Below, piece by piece: positions 40,901-54,814 of a stretch of DNA of 64,000 nucleotides. Each line of letters starts with the position of its first letter. Position 1 is the stretch's first letter. A program made the position numbers and the translations under genes. Under the pieces are notes generated by a model. The model was not told the DNA's origin, did no database searches, and saw nothing but the letters and a program-made list of their open reading frames with translations. This DNA is from the human T2T-CHM13v2.0 reference genome, Homo sapiens. The stretch is from NCBI RefSeq assembly GCF_009914755.1, contig NC_060931.1; one strand, written 5' to 3'.

Positions 40901-42486
40901 AGGGTCTAAAACCTCTGCTCCCCCTTCACTAGAAAGCCAGCCCTGGGGAGGGAGGGACCAGGCAGCAGCCCCACTCTGCACCACACAACACTCTGTTACT
41001 CCCGCCTGGCCTATTAGTCTCTCCCTTAGCCTGACCTAAGTAACTCTAACCCAAACAAGGAGAAAATCAAAGTTGGGAATTACAGCATTCCTGACCAAGA
41101 AAGATTGAGGGTCAACCTGCAAAAAGTAAGCCCCAAAGTCAAGGAAAGGGAATGAGATCTGGACACAGAGCTGCACTCAACATCTAGCATGACCCTCAGC
41201 AGGATGCACCACTAGGCACAGTAGTGTCTACGCTTGTCCAGCAGACATGTCAGGGTGAACTTGCTCTCGGCAGAAGAGAGAAACCTCCCACTAAGGGAAG
41301 AAGGAGCTGGGTGCATGAGATTGGCCCAGTAAGACAAACCTTCTCCTCAAAATAAGAGGGGCAGCTCTCACAGTATTGTAGTCTTGGTCACTCGTGTTTG
41401 CCCCCTGAGTCGGTTTCCATGGACTCCCGTTTAAACCCTGGGGGCAGGCAGGCAGGGTCACTAGAAGTCTGTGAGGCATTAGGACTACTCTGTCCCCCTC
41501 TGACAAAATATAACACAGATGGAGAAAGAGGTGCGGCTGACCCTCAAATCTCCAAAGGCCTGAATCAGGGTGGCCCGGGGCAACAAACTGGCTACTTGCA
41601 ACAAGCCTGCTTGCAGAAGACAGGACTTCAGCAGGAGAGGAGACCAACCACTCCTGAGGACCTGCCCCTTGCTGTCTTTCATTGCACCTACTGTTTCTAT
41701 CATTTCTATCATTGATAAAGGAAAGATGTTGCATGCACCACTCTATTTCACATTTAAGTTCAAGGTTCTGGGGAAATGAGTCCCACAACACTGGCAGAAC
41801 GAATGTCTACTCCACGACAGGGCTGCCACAGTATGGTAGCAGTCAGGACTTTTCATCAATGACAGCCTCTGGAAACCATGGGGAGAAAGTGTCCTGCATA
41901 ACCAAGCGGAGGCAAAAACCAGGGAAGCGTGGATTAGACAATGAAACGATTCAAGTGAAACAACAAAACAATTCAAGGGGAGGAAATAAAGGCCCAGTCA
42001 TTCACAGTACTGCAAAGTGATTAATCTAAAATGCAAATTTGATGACATCAGATCCTATTTAAAATCTCTGCCTTTTCTCCGTTCCCACACACCCTCTTCT
42101 ATCAGACATAATGAACTACTGCTAGGATTATTGCAGTAGTCTTCTGACTGTCACCAGTCTCACCTCACTGTACTCCTCCACTTCCCCACTGCTTTCACAA
42201 CAATCAGTGTAAATCTCCAAACTCATCAGGGCCCTCCTTACCTCTAGCAATGTTCCCGGACTTCCTATACCCTTGGGGCGAAAGTCTACACACATTATAG
42301 GCCTTATAACAGCCTCCATCCATTCATTCATTCATTTAACAAATATTTATCAAGTGCCAACTCTATCCCAGACTACTGTTAAGAGTGGTAGGGAACAGTA
42401 AACCAAAGACCAAAAGTCCCTGACTTTAGGAAGTTACATTCTGTGGGCAAAATTTAGCACCCCTCTGTGTTCAGCTCTTCTGCATT

Positions 42487-42696
42487 CAGTGGTGTGGGCA
42501 CAGGTTTTTACCAGCTCATGGAGACCAAGGGTGCACATCTCTTCCCTACTCTGCATTCAGTGACATTGCTTTGGTAGCTTGAAATCAACCTGGGTGGGAA
42601 TATTTACACCGTGGAAATCAGAAGTCACTACAAATAAGCAGACACTAGGCTTTTTCTTTTTCAAGAACAGGTACGTGAACATTTAGCAGCATACTT
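42487..42696. mobile_element. MER63A-like hAT MITE
   Basis: cagtggtgtg...gtgcacatctcttccctactctgcattcagtgac...ggtagcttgaaatcaacc...gggaatatttacaccgtggaaatc. Confidence 0.7.
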
Positions 42697-43540
42697 TTGT
42701 ACCTTAGTCCAGGCTGCTCTCTGTGCCTAGAAATCTCTTCTTCTTGTCATCTGCCTGATGAATACCTACCTTCAAGACTTAGTTCAAATATCAAAGCAGT
42801 TTTGGACTCAAGAGGGCGAGCAGACTCCTCCTCCCTCTGAGCTGCCTCTGTACCATGCGCACACCCAGAACACCTTCAGCAGTTACCTAGTCATGTGACT
42901 GTCACCCCACTGTACTGTAAATTTCTTGGAGCCAGGGATGAGTCAGGCATGACTCATCAATATCCCCAGCCCCTGGTACAGTGCCTGGCCCAGTTCCTGG
43001 ACCACTCTAAAATAAATTCCTGTTGAATACATTTGGAGCCAGGAAAAAATATGTATCTTATTTTAACAGCTGTCATCAGACTTCATTTTAGGAAAGGAAT
43101 CAAGTATGAGGTTGAATGAGCCCAAATTGTGGAAATGACCATGGGATATTTAGGTATAGTAATATGTAACATTGAGATTTCCTTTTCTGAGCTAAAATTA
43201 TTCCATACCTACAAGATATTCACAATGTGAATGCCTTATGTAAATGGTTGGACTGGTGAATGTTAAGAAAAATGGCTGAGTTCTATAACTGAGTTAATGG
43301 GGTGCCAAACAGGGAAGATATGAGCCACAAGCATGGGGATCCCTAGACTGAATTTGCTCAGAATAAGGAAGCTGGAGCCAGAAGTGACCACAATTAATAA
43401 GCCCCCTGGGAATTTATGAAAATCTTGTGAGGCTCTGGATACTCCAGAATCCTTGGGCTAGGGCTTTAAATTCGTCTCATCTAGACATGAAAAAACAGGG
43501 TGGCCTAATTTGACAGCTTAATCAGGAAGAAGTGGGTAAC

Positions 43541-43653
43541 ATGGATGGATGGATGGATGGATGGATGGATGGATGAATGGATGGATGGATAGATGGATGG
43601 ATGGATAGATGGATGGATGGATGAAAGGAAGGGTAGATGAACAGATAGATGGA
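43541..43653. repeat. (GGAT)n tetranucleotide microsatellite
   Basis: Direct reading. Confidence 0.92.
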
Positions 43654-43706
43654 TATCTGAAAGCAGAAGTTGTGAATGGCTTAGTAGTGGAGGTGGCAAG
43701 TGAGAT

Positions 43707-46446
43707 TATATTAGGCCATTCTTGCATTGATATAAACAAGTATCTGGGTCTGGGTAACTTACAGATAAAACAGATTTAATTGGTTCATGGTTCTGCAGGC
43801 TTTACAGGAAGCATGATGCTGTCATCTGCTTCTGCTGAGGGCCTCACTAATCTTACAATAATGGCAGAAGGTGACAGGGAACCAGTATGTCACATGGCAA
43901 GAGAGAGAGGGAGGAGGCACCACACTCTCTTAAACAACCAGATGTCATGTGAACTACCAGAGCAAGAACTCACTCATCATTAGGGGATGGGGCTAAGACA
44001 GTCAGGAGGGATCCACCCCCACGACACAAACATCTCCCACTAGGCCCCATCTCCAACATTGGGGATTACATTTCAACATGAGATTTGGAGGGGACAGACA
44101 TCTAAGCCATATCATTTCACCTCTGGCCCCCAAATATCATGTCCTTCTCACATTACAAAATACAATCATACCTTTCCAGTAGTCCCCCAAAGTCTTAAGT
44201 CTTTCCAGCATCAAGTCCAAAGTCATCAGAGACTCATTCTCCTTCCACCATCAGCCTGTAAAATCAAAGACAAGTTATTTGCTTCCAAGATACAATGGTG
44301 GCACAAGCATTGGGTAAACATTCCCATTCCAAAAGAAAGAAATTCACCAAAAGAAAGGGGCAGTAGGCACCACACAAGTCTAAAACCAAGAAGGACAGTC
44401 ATCACGTTTTAAAGCTCCAAAATAATCCCCTTAGACTTCATGTCCCGCACCCTGGTATGATGGGTGGGCTCCCAAGGCCTTGGGCAGACCCACCCCTGTG
44501 GCTTTGCAGGGTGCAGTACACATGGCTGTTCTCAAGAGTTGGAGTGGAGTACTTGTGGCTTTTCCAGGCAGAGTTTGCAAGCTGCCAATCTACCATGTTG
44601 GCATCTGGAAGGCAGTGGCCCCCTTCCCATAGCTCCACTAGGCAGTGTCCCAGTGGGGACTCTGTGTAGAGGCTCCAATCCCACATTTCCCCCTGCCATT
44701 GCCCTAGTAGAGTTTCTCTGTTGGGGCTCCACCCTGCAACAGGCTTCTGCCTGGGCACCAAGCTCTTCCATAATCATCTGAAATCTAGGTGGAAGCCTCA
44801 TTCATGCTTACATTCTGAGCATCTGAAGACTTAACATCACGTGACAACTGCCAAGGCATGGCTTGCACCCTCTAGAGCTGCAGCCCAAGCTGTACCTTGG
44901 CCCCTTTGAGTCATGCCTGAAGCCAGAGTGGCCAGGATGCAGGGAGCAGTGTGGCAGCACAGGGAAGCAAGGCCGTAGGCCTGGCCCCCTAAGCCACTTT
45001 TCTCCTAGGCCTTTGGACCTATGATGGAAGGGACCACCCCAAGACTTCTAAAGTGCCTTCAAGGCCTTTTTCCCATTCTCTCAGGTATTAACAATTGGCT
45101 CCCCTTAGGTCAGGCTAATTTGCCTAGCAAGTGGTTGCTCCACAGCGTGCTTGAACTTCTCTCCTGAAAATGATTTTCTTTCCTGCTACATGGCCTGTTT
45201 ATTAGTCCATTTTCATGCTGCTGATAGAGACATACCCAAGACTGGGTGATCTATTCAGGAAAAAGGGTTTAATGGACTTACAGTTCCACATGGCTGGGGA
45301 GGCCTCACAATCATGGTGGAAGGCAAGGAGAAGCAAATTATGTCTTACATGGATGGTAGCAGGCAAAGAGAGAGAGAACTCCTCTTTATAAAACGATCAG
45401 GTCTCATGAGACTTATTCACTATCACAAGAACAGCACAGGAAATACTTCCCCCCATGATTCAATTATCTCACACTAGGTCTCTCCCACAACACATGGGAA
45501 TTCAAGATGAGATTTGGGTGAGGACACAGCCTAACCATATCAGCTAGCATGAAAATTTTCCAAATTTTTATGCTGTGCTTCCCTTTTAAATATAAGTTCC
45601 AGTTTCAGGTCATTTCTTTGCTTGCACATATAAACACTGGCTGTTTGAAGCAACTAGGCCACTTCTTGAACACTTTGCTGCTTAGAAATTTCTACTGCCA
45701 GATACCCTAGGCCATCACTCTTAAGTTCAAACTTCTATAGAGCCTTAGGGCCTGGACAAAATGCAGCCAAGCTCTTCATTAAAGCATAACATGGGTGACT
45801 TTACTCCAGTTCCTAATAACTTCATTTCCATCTGAGACCTCATCAGCCTGGACTTCAATATCTCTATCAGCATTTTGGTCACAACCATTTAGCCAGTCTA
45901 CAAGTTGCAAACTTTCCTTCATCTTCCTGTCTTCTTCTGAAACCTCCAAATTCTTCCAATCTCTGCCCATTACCCAGTTCCAATGCTGGATCCACATTTT
46001 TAGGTACCTTTTTAGCAATGCCCAACTCCTCAGTACTAATTTTGTGTTATGCCATTCTTACACTGCTATAAAAAAAAGTACCTGAGGCTGGCTAATTTAT
46101 AGAGAAAAAAAGCTTTAATTGGCTCATGATTCTGCAGGCTTTACATGAAGCATGGTGCTGGCACCCACCTCTGGGGAGGCCTCAGGGAGCTTACACCATG
46201 GTGAAAGGTGAAGGAGGAGCCAATGTGTCACATGGTCAGAGCAGGAGCAAGAGAGAGGTGGAGGTATCACACTCTTTTAAACAACCAGATCTCACATGAA
46301 CTACCAGAGCAAGAACTCACTCTTCAACAAGCAGATAGGGCTAAGCCATTCATGAGGGAGCCACCTCCTACCAGGCCACCACCTCCAACATTGGGGGTTA
46401 CATTTCAGCATGAGATTTGGAGGGGACAAACATCCAAACCATAACA
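43707..46446 (-). mobile_element. Full-length MSTA-like MaLR provirus (LTRs 43707-44114 and 46043-46446, internal region between)
   Basis: Two homologous LTRs, MaLR-int ORF relic (45779-46018: ...WLNGCDQNADRDIEVQADEVSDGNEVIRNWSK) and perfect 5-bp TSD GAGAT at 43702-43706 and 46447-46451. Confidence 0.92.
45198..45542 (-). mobile_element. THE1 solo LTR nested in the MSTA internal region
   Basis: tttattagtccattttcatgctgctgatagagacatacc...aggacacagcctaaccatatca interrupts continuous MST-int sequence. Confidence 0.9.
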
Positions 46447-49245
46447 GAGATGAAAGCCAAGACAGCTGGACTAGGTGGGGCAAGCCAGGAACAGGCTTCA
46501 GAAACAGCCTAGGCAGGAGGCAGGAAGACAAGACGGCAGGAAGCAGTGCAGAACAAAGCAGGCTCCTCATCATTCAACCTCCCCTGAGTGCAGCAAAGGG
46601 GCCTTATTGTCAGCCCCTAACTGATCATTGATAACTAAAGTTATAACAACTCATACCTGTAAGGGCCATGGTGAGTTAGAGCTGGCAAGAGCCCTAATGA
46701 TACACAGTCTTCTCTTGAAAGAGGAGAAGACTGAGGCCCAGAGAAGTGAGTAAATTTCCCAACAAGCAGAAAGTTGAGACTGGAATCTGGCTTCCCACCC
46801 CAGCCCAGTGCTCTTGGAACTAGAGGACGGTCCTCACCCAGTCAGCTAAGGGGAGCCTTGGCATGCTGGCCACCACCAGCCCAGTGATGCTAGGAAAGTT
46901 GCAGTGCTTATCTGTGTGCACCTCCCTTTGCTCAAATGTAATGTAGAAACAATAATATTGCCTGTCAGGATCTTCTTGTAAGAACTAAATTACTTAATAT
47001 TTTAAAACATAGTGGTGTCATATTTGAGCTCACATTACCCTAAGATTCACCCTACCATCAGGCTGCTACAAGGAATTCAAAGATTCCTGGGTAGAGACCT
47101 GATGAAAATGGGCACCGGTTAAAATAAAAAAAGGAGGGATAATTTGGGGGTGGGGGTGTCATTTAATGTTGTCCCCAGGTCCTACCCCTGGAATTGCGCA
47201 AGGGCCGCAATAGTCAGAAATGGATTATTTCATGGGATGTTCAATGAAACCTCAGTTAAACCGTGAGACCATCTTGTCTTATTGCTTAAAACCACTGAAA
47301 GCTGAAAGGGTTGGATCTTTGGAGCTTCTGGGTAACATCCTCTGAGGACCCTAGGAATGGTGAATGAGGGAGGAAGGGAGTAGGGAGAGAATAATTTAAA
47401 GTGAGCAGAGCCAGGCAAACTCTCCCTGCATGAGAAACTAACAGGAAAACCCAGGTCCCATGTGAGTACCAAGTTAAATGACCCCAGCAGGCCATGTTGG
47501 TTCCCTTTCCCCTTTCTGGACTTACTGCTCCATCAAGGCTAAGCAGACCATTGGCTCTCCCTTTTCCTCTGTTCTCCTGGCTCCAACTACCTCTGCTTTT
47601 TTCAGCAATAGATGTATTTTTCAAGGATCCTGCTCCTGGGAAGTACTTCCTCTATCACTTATCTCACCTGGTGCACTATACCTAATTATCAGCTTAATTG
47701 CCTGCTTCCACCACTGACCAGTTACAATCAGGTATATTCTATTCTCGTCCCTATGGCATTATCATTCCAAAACAATAGTAGACACTCTTTGCATATTTAT
47801 TGGATGAATGAATTAATGAATGAATGCATGGAACTCTTCATGACAATGAAATTCAGGCCCTAGTCCCACACATAAGTAATTAAAGGTCAAAGTGACCATA
47901 CTGAGCAAGTTCCTGAGCCTTTGCTAGTAAAAAACAGGGCCCTTGGAGCAACATTGGTCTTTCTTGGAAGCTTAGTAAAAATACAGACTCTCAGGCTGAA
48001 TCTAAACTTGCATTTTAAAAAGATCCCCAGATGATTCCCACACATTGAAGATTGAGAAGCCCTCTTCTAAGGGGTAACGTCTTCCAGAGAGTTTAGCTGC
48101 TTCCGGCGCCCTACCTCAAGGGTCTGATTCAAGGAATGAGATGGAAGGCTGCAAATTCAGGCAGATCACTAAGTTCTCTGGCCCTGGGGCTCCATCATCA
48201 GTCTACCCTCCACCCCAGATTGGCCTAGAGATCCCCAAATGTGAGGCAACGAATCAAGCGCTCCCTGAGAGGGTGTCGAGCCCCAGTGCCTCCTGGAGGC
48301 CTCCAGCTGTGCGGAGTCATGCTTTTGGCAGCACCTGGCTGCTATTGTTAGGAGAGAATGAGGAGCTGCAGGGACAGTGGCACTGTACATGCTGACTAAA
48401 AGGCGGGGCTCCTATCTGCATTTGGAATGACATACCCAATTCTATTTGGGAAAGAAGCACAATGACCCTTTATTAAAGGATTTCAATGGCAGAAACTAGT
48501 CAAATGGACCAGGAAATGATTAAGAGACAAAAGTCAAGGCATTGTGTGTGCACCATGCTTAGCCCAGTCCTGAAAGCCCTATTATAATGGCCACTGTTCC
48601 TGTAGCCCCTCCTGAGCCCCACCACCCTCCTCAGAAACACTGTGGCTCCTTGGACACACTGCAAGGCCTATTTGTCTCTCCTCAAGGAAAAGGGTGGAAA
48701 GCTACAGCAAACTTTGCCAGGGACTGGTAGGGATGGTGGGGCAGGGAGAGATGAAGGGGCAAAAGACAGGTGGGACAGGAGGTGACAGCCATAGACCACA
48801 AGCGGATCAGGGAAGGATGCAGACGGCAGAATTTGTAAATGTTGTACTGCAGCTTGGAAGGGAGGAGAGAAAGAAGAGGGAAGGGAAATATCACTGCTGT
48901 CCCACATCATGGAGCAAGATGTCAGGAAGCCCAAGTTCAAAACCCTTACCCCACATACTGGCTATGTGACTAAGGCATTTTGCTTATGCTTTTTGGATCT
49001 CATTTTCCTGGTCTGCAACATGCAGATGCTGATATTAGCTGTACGTGGTGATATGCCAATGAAATTAACTGAAATGAAGCATAGGAAAGTACTTAGCACA
49101 GTTCTTGACACATAAACTGTGAATTCTAATTCAGAAAGAACTAAAAATTGCTTCCTTTGCCTGTCAACTAGTACATACAGCACCGCCCCAGTCCTGCCCA
49201 TGTCACCCCCTGAGAAAGGCTTAAGGCATGATTCATCTCAACATA

Positions 49246-49302
49246 TTAGAGGTTGGTGCAAAAGCTGTTGCAGTTTTTGCCATTACTTTTAATACAACCT
49301 AA
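49246..49302. mobile_element. MADE1 MITE with internal deletion
   Basis: ggttggtgcaaaagctgttgcagtttttgccattacttttaat...caacctaata; TA-flanked. Confidence 0.8.
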
Positions 49303-50730
49303 TATTTGTATTTAAGTGGGGACTTCAAAAGAGTCAATGGCTTCTGTTTCAAAAGAAAGACTCTCTAATCATGGAAATGGTATCAGGAGGTCCGAGAAGG
49401 ACCTAGGCTGATATCTCTTGAGTCATGACCTCTATGGGACCACTTTCCTACTCAGCCTCTGTCTGAGACCATTGAATATGATCTGAATCCAGCTTTCTTT
49501 GAGCAAGGTTAGAGAGAAATGCTCTGACAGCAGAAAAAGACTTGGAATGCCAGGAGCTCTGCTGCAGGACTCCAGCAGTGAGGGTCAGTGGGTGGCAGGA
49601 GTCACTGGGGAATCAGGCCTGGGAGTCACGGCTGCAGGTCACATGGCAGAGCCTGAGTCCCCCATACAGACACACAACCTGGGCCTGCCCCCCACTCCTG
49701 GACAGTAGAGACCCGTAACCACTGCTCCATAGGAGTTGGGAAGTTAGAAGGTCTACATTTGGTTCATGAACCACAAGATGGGGCCACCAAGATGACAATC
49801 ATTCTGATGGCCGAAAGGATCTGGATCTCAGCATGGACAGTGTAGCCACTGACCACTGATGAGCCACAATTCTGATGGGGTGGGGCCAGGAAGGTAATGT
49901 TCTGACAGGTGGTGGGACTTGGATGCATGGGGGTGTGGGGGTGGCAAGAGCACAGAGCCAAGCTGAGATCAAAATGGTGGCCCTTAGGGCCCCTTATCCA
50001 AAACCTGACACAAAGAAGGTGGCCCACTCCTGCCTCCTTGCAGACAGTCTTGAGGAGAGGGCAGTGGAAGACAAGACAAGGGCTTCTAGAGAGAGTGTGG
50101 CAGCCAGGCCCCAGATGTTGGGACAAGTGTCACTGCACTATTTGGGGGTCTGGGAAGGGGATGGAGGTCAAGGTCAGAGGCACAGCCTCAGAAAAGCTGG
50201 ACGGAGCAATAGTGAGTGCCCAGGTAGCAGACTACACACACCTGATGAGGACTGGTCCACCCACTCGAGGAGTCCAGGGAGACCAGAGGCAGAGGGGTCA
50301 GTTGGCTGAGAGGCGGCCGTCAGGGTAGAATTGGTGACAGATATGGAAGAACATGTTGGTGCCCATTAGAATCATAAAACTGAAATGGCTGCAGAGTCAC
50401 TAGAGTAATTCTAAAGCCTCCAGGGAGGCTTTGAGTCAGGTGCTCAAAGATGCTGTCCACATTCAGCTGGAGTGGCCACAATGCCAGTTGTCACTTCAAA
50501 ACAGACACCCAGAAGAGGCAGCAGGGCCCAGCCCTTAGGGAAGAGTTGGAGAAGATGAATGAAGCAGAGCTGTCACCCAAAATAAAAGGCTATTTGTGGT
50601 GGTATTAAGTACAAAGTGAAGAACCGAGGCGGGAGGTAGACTATATCTTATGAGAAATGACCACAGTGAGGTCACACATTCCTTCCTTTTATGCAAATAG
50701 GAAGACCCAGGTCCCTATACATTTCAATAA

Positions 50731-51448
<718 letters not shown>

Positions 51449-53007
51449 TCTACACAAAACAATACAACTATCCAAATATTAAAAATAACTTCACAAAAGG
51501 TAGCTAAGAGTGTGTGTCCAATTTTGTAAATATATATGCAATATACTTTTTAGTATATAATAAATGTATAACTCCGATTCTGTAAACACACACACACTCA
51601 AGCATGCGCACATATCTGAGTTGTAGGATGATAGAGGTTTTTCTTCTTTATTCCTTTCTCAACTGACTTTCTATAATAAACACGTATTCTGTTCGTAATG
51701 AAAATATGATTTTGTGAGTGCTGGGGAGCAGATTATGACATATTTGGACTCCCAGAGTGGCTTAGCTCAGACTCTCCGTGTGTGGGTTTCCTAGAAATGC
51801 AACGCCTCCCAGAGAGGCGTGCTGTCCCCTTCCTTTCTTCTGAAGAGTGTTTGTATGTGTTTGTTTCAATACACTCTTCATTCTGACTAGCAGACTGCAT
51901 GGCTGGCTTTTGTAAATGAACACTCATTTTACTCAATTAAATTAATATATTGACTTTTTTTTTCCACAAGAGTTGAGGAAGAGATCAGGGCTGGGGGGCT
52001 GGGCATGCATTCAGGATAGGGCTCTAGTCAGCAGGAAATGAAAGAGCTGAGCAAGGAAACTGAGGTTGATATCAACATGGTGGGGAGGAGAGGCTGCTGT
52101 GCGGAGGCTCCCCTGTGCTGCAGGTCGCCCTGTGCCTGGTGCCAGGGGTCTCCCTGGGGACCCCAGACCCCTGTCAAGCCATAGCAGCGTCATGCCAGGG
52201 CTGAGTCTGCAGTTGCTCTCCCTGGGGCAGGAGGGGAGAAGATCTGGTATGAGTCCAGTGTGAGTGCTTCACACTGGTGAAGAACAAGTTTCTGGAGTGA
52301 GAAAGAACTGGATTCAAAATCTGAGTCTGGCACTGAACACTCAGGGATGTTACTGTCCTTCACTAAGCCCAGTTTCCTCTCATCTAGTAGGGATGATAAC
52401 AGCATCTATTCAATGGATTTCTTGGTCACGACCATTGTCCAGCTCCCAAGACCCCATCGCCACTCACCCTCCTCAGGATGGAGTGACAGTGTGGGCCTGC
52501 TCTGAAGACTCAGGGTTGGGGCCAGATATTTAGAGGAGGTGTTTGCTTTTTTCTCCCCTTCAGCCATTGAGACAATATTTGTTACCAATACTGAGATTCT
52601 TCATTCTCTGTTTCACTTCTGACTGGAGGCAGCCTGAGGGGAAAACTTTTTTGAGAGGGAGAAACTGCTGGAAAGGTCCCTGGCTCTTGAGGGAGACTCA
52701 CAGGAAGCGACACTGAGTATTAAGGGTCTGGATGTGATGTCTGGAATGACTGCAGCCATCACATTCCAGCCTGAGGACACAGCCAGTGCTGAGAGAGTAA
52801 GACCCGGGTCTTTGCTGCCATCACCAAGCCAACAAATCAGCTGCCACTGAGATGTGCCTATCTCACAAATTCCTGGTACCTGAGATAATAAAGTCCTTTT
52901 TTAAACCAGCTTGAGTTGAGATTTCTCTGTCTTGAAGACAAATGTAACTGACACAGAAGAATAAATTTTACTTTTAGAATCACAGTTGATCTACAACCTC
53001 TTCGAAG

Positions 53008-53542
53008 TGTGAAAGGAAAATAAATCCTTGAACCCCAAACCCACTAAGCCAAAGGGAAAAGTCAAGCTGGGAACTGGGTCACACAAACCTGCCTCTCATT
53101 TTGGTTCTTAAATAAGATGACTACAAAAGTGAAAAATTACATGCCTCCCTCAAGTTTTACCCACAAGGAAGTTCCTTTGCAATGTAAGTTGAATGCTTAC
53201 CTTCACAGGTGTGGGGGACAAAGAACTCTAAGTCATCCCTCTGCCCACCTGAGACAAATGCATATCTGATTGTTTCCTCTGCCCTATTGTCTATGTTATC
53301 TTATGTAAAAATGCAGATTCACTGAGCCAGACAAAAGCATGAATGACTCTTTTCCCCCTCCACCCCTCCCACATGAAAACTGTATTTTTCAATATCCCAC
53401 CTTTTCCCTTTTAAATTTGAAACCCTCAAAATTATCTTGGGAGAAAGGCATAGACCTGTCTCCTGAGTGCGTGTCCTTAAGTTTGGCAAATAAACCTCCT
53501 AAAATGATCAAGACTTGCCTTAGTCATTTTCCTTTATTGGCA
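53008..53542 (+). mobile_element. MER4/MER87-group ERV1 solo LTR
   Basis: TG...CA termini, start tgtgaaaggaaaataaatccttgaacccc, AATAAA at 53489-53494, 4-bp TSD GAAG at 53004-53007 and 53543-53546. Confidence 0.85.
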
Positions 53543-53845
53543 GAAGCAAAGTTACCAATGTCTTCTATCTAGACCAACAATACCTTTTGAAGTAAACTTT
53601 TTATTGAACTACAGAACACATACAAAACTGGGCACAAATCCTAAGTATACAGTTGGATGAATTATGACAAAGAGGGCACATCCTTGTAACCACCATCCAG
53701 ATAACCCTACCTTCATCCCTGCTTGTGCCCTTCTCAGTTGCTACCCCTCCCACATCTTTAAAGGAAAACACAGTCAAGGTCAGCAAAAAGAAGGAAGGCC
53801 TAAGAAACTGCCCCATCCAAGAGCAGCCTCAGGAAACATGGTGGC

Positions 53846-54282
53846 TGTATTCATTTCATCGGGCTGCCATAACAAATTGCCACAAACTGGGTAGTTTAAA
53901 ACAACAGAAATTTATTACCTCGCAGTTCTGAAGGCTAGAAGTCTAAAATCAAGGTGTTGGCAGGGCCAAGCTCCCTCTGAAGTCTCTAGGGGAGGATCCT
54001 CCCTTGCCTCCCTGACCCCTGATAGCCCCAGGTGTTCCTTGGCTCACAGAGCATCACTCTAATCTCTGCTTCCATCTCTGTCTTCCATCTCTGTCTGTGT
54101 CCAAATTTCCCTCTTCCTGTAAGGAAACCAGTCATTGGATTAAGAACCCATCCTACCCCAGTATGACCTCATATTAACTAATTACATCCACATTATTTCC
54201 ATTTCCAAATCAGGTCACATTCTGAGGTACTGGAGTTAGGGTTTCAACATATCTTTTTTGGAGATACAATTCGAACTATGAC
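53846..54282 (-). mobile_element. MLT1B/C-like MaLR solo LTR
   Basis: gggctgccataacaaattgccacaaactgggtagtttaaaacaacagaaatttatt...caggtcacattctgaggtactgg. Confidence 0.8.
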
Positions 54283-54693
54283 AACAACTTATATCACCTT
54301 AAGTTTATAAGGTGATATCCTGACGGAATCCTGGAACAGAAAAAGGACATTAGGAAAAAACTAAGTAAATCTTTTAAAAACTATGAACTTTAGTCAATAA
54401 TAGTGAATCAAAAATTGGTTCATTAATTGTGACAAATATACCACAAGATGTTAGTAACAATGTACTAACATTGTAAGATGTTAGTAACAGGGGAAACCAG
54501 GTGTGGGACATTTGGGAAAGCTGTGTGCTATCTTCATAATTTTTTCATAAATCTAGAACTTCTCTAAAATGAAAAGTTTTTTAAGCACTTCAGGGTGAGA
54601 GTTCTAGGAAGTAGCAGTTTCTTGTACTGATCTCTGTCATGTTCTCAGCAGCTCATCAGTGTCTGAAGCAAGGTATGGATTTGAGCTACCAAT

Positions 54694-54718
54694 AGATGGA
54701 TGGATGGATGAATGGATA

Positions 54719-54751
<33 letters not shown>

Positions 54752-54814
54752 ATGGATGGATGCAAGGATGAATGGATGGATGGATGATGGATAGATGGAT
54801 GGATGGATAGATGG
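54694..54814. repeat. (GGAT)n microsatellite, left flank of the THE1 provirus
   Basis: Direct reading. Confidence 0.92.

Noticed and set aside
41291-42020. Cluster of overlapping 70-166-aa ORFs
   Set aside because: No domain similarity or coherent splice structure seen; expected by chance in moderately GC-rich DNA, and several use non-ATG starts.
54446-54489. 15-bp direct repeat aagatgttagtaaca
   Set aside because: Small slippage-type duplication within an old L1 3' fragment.
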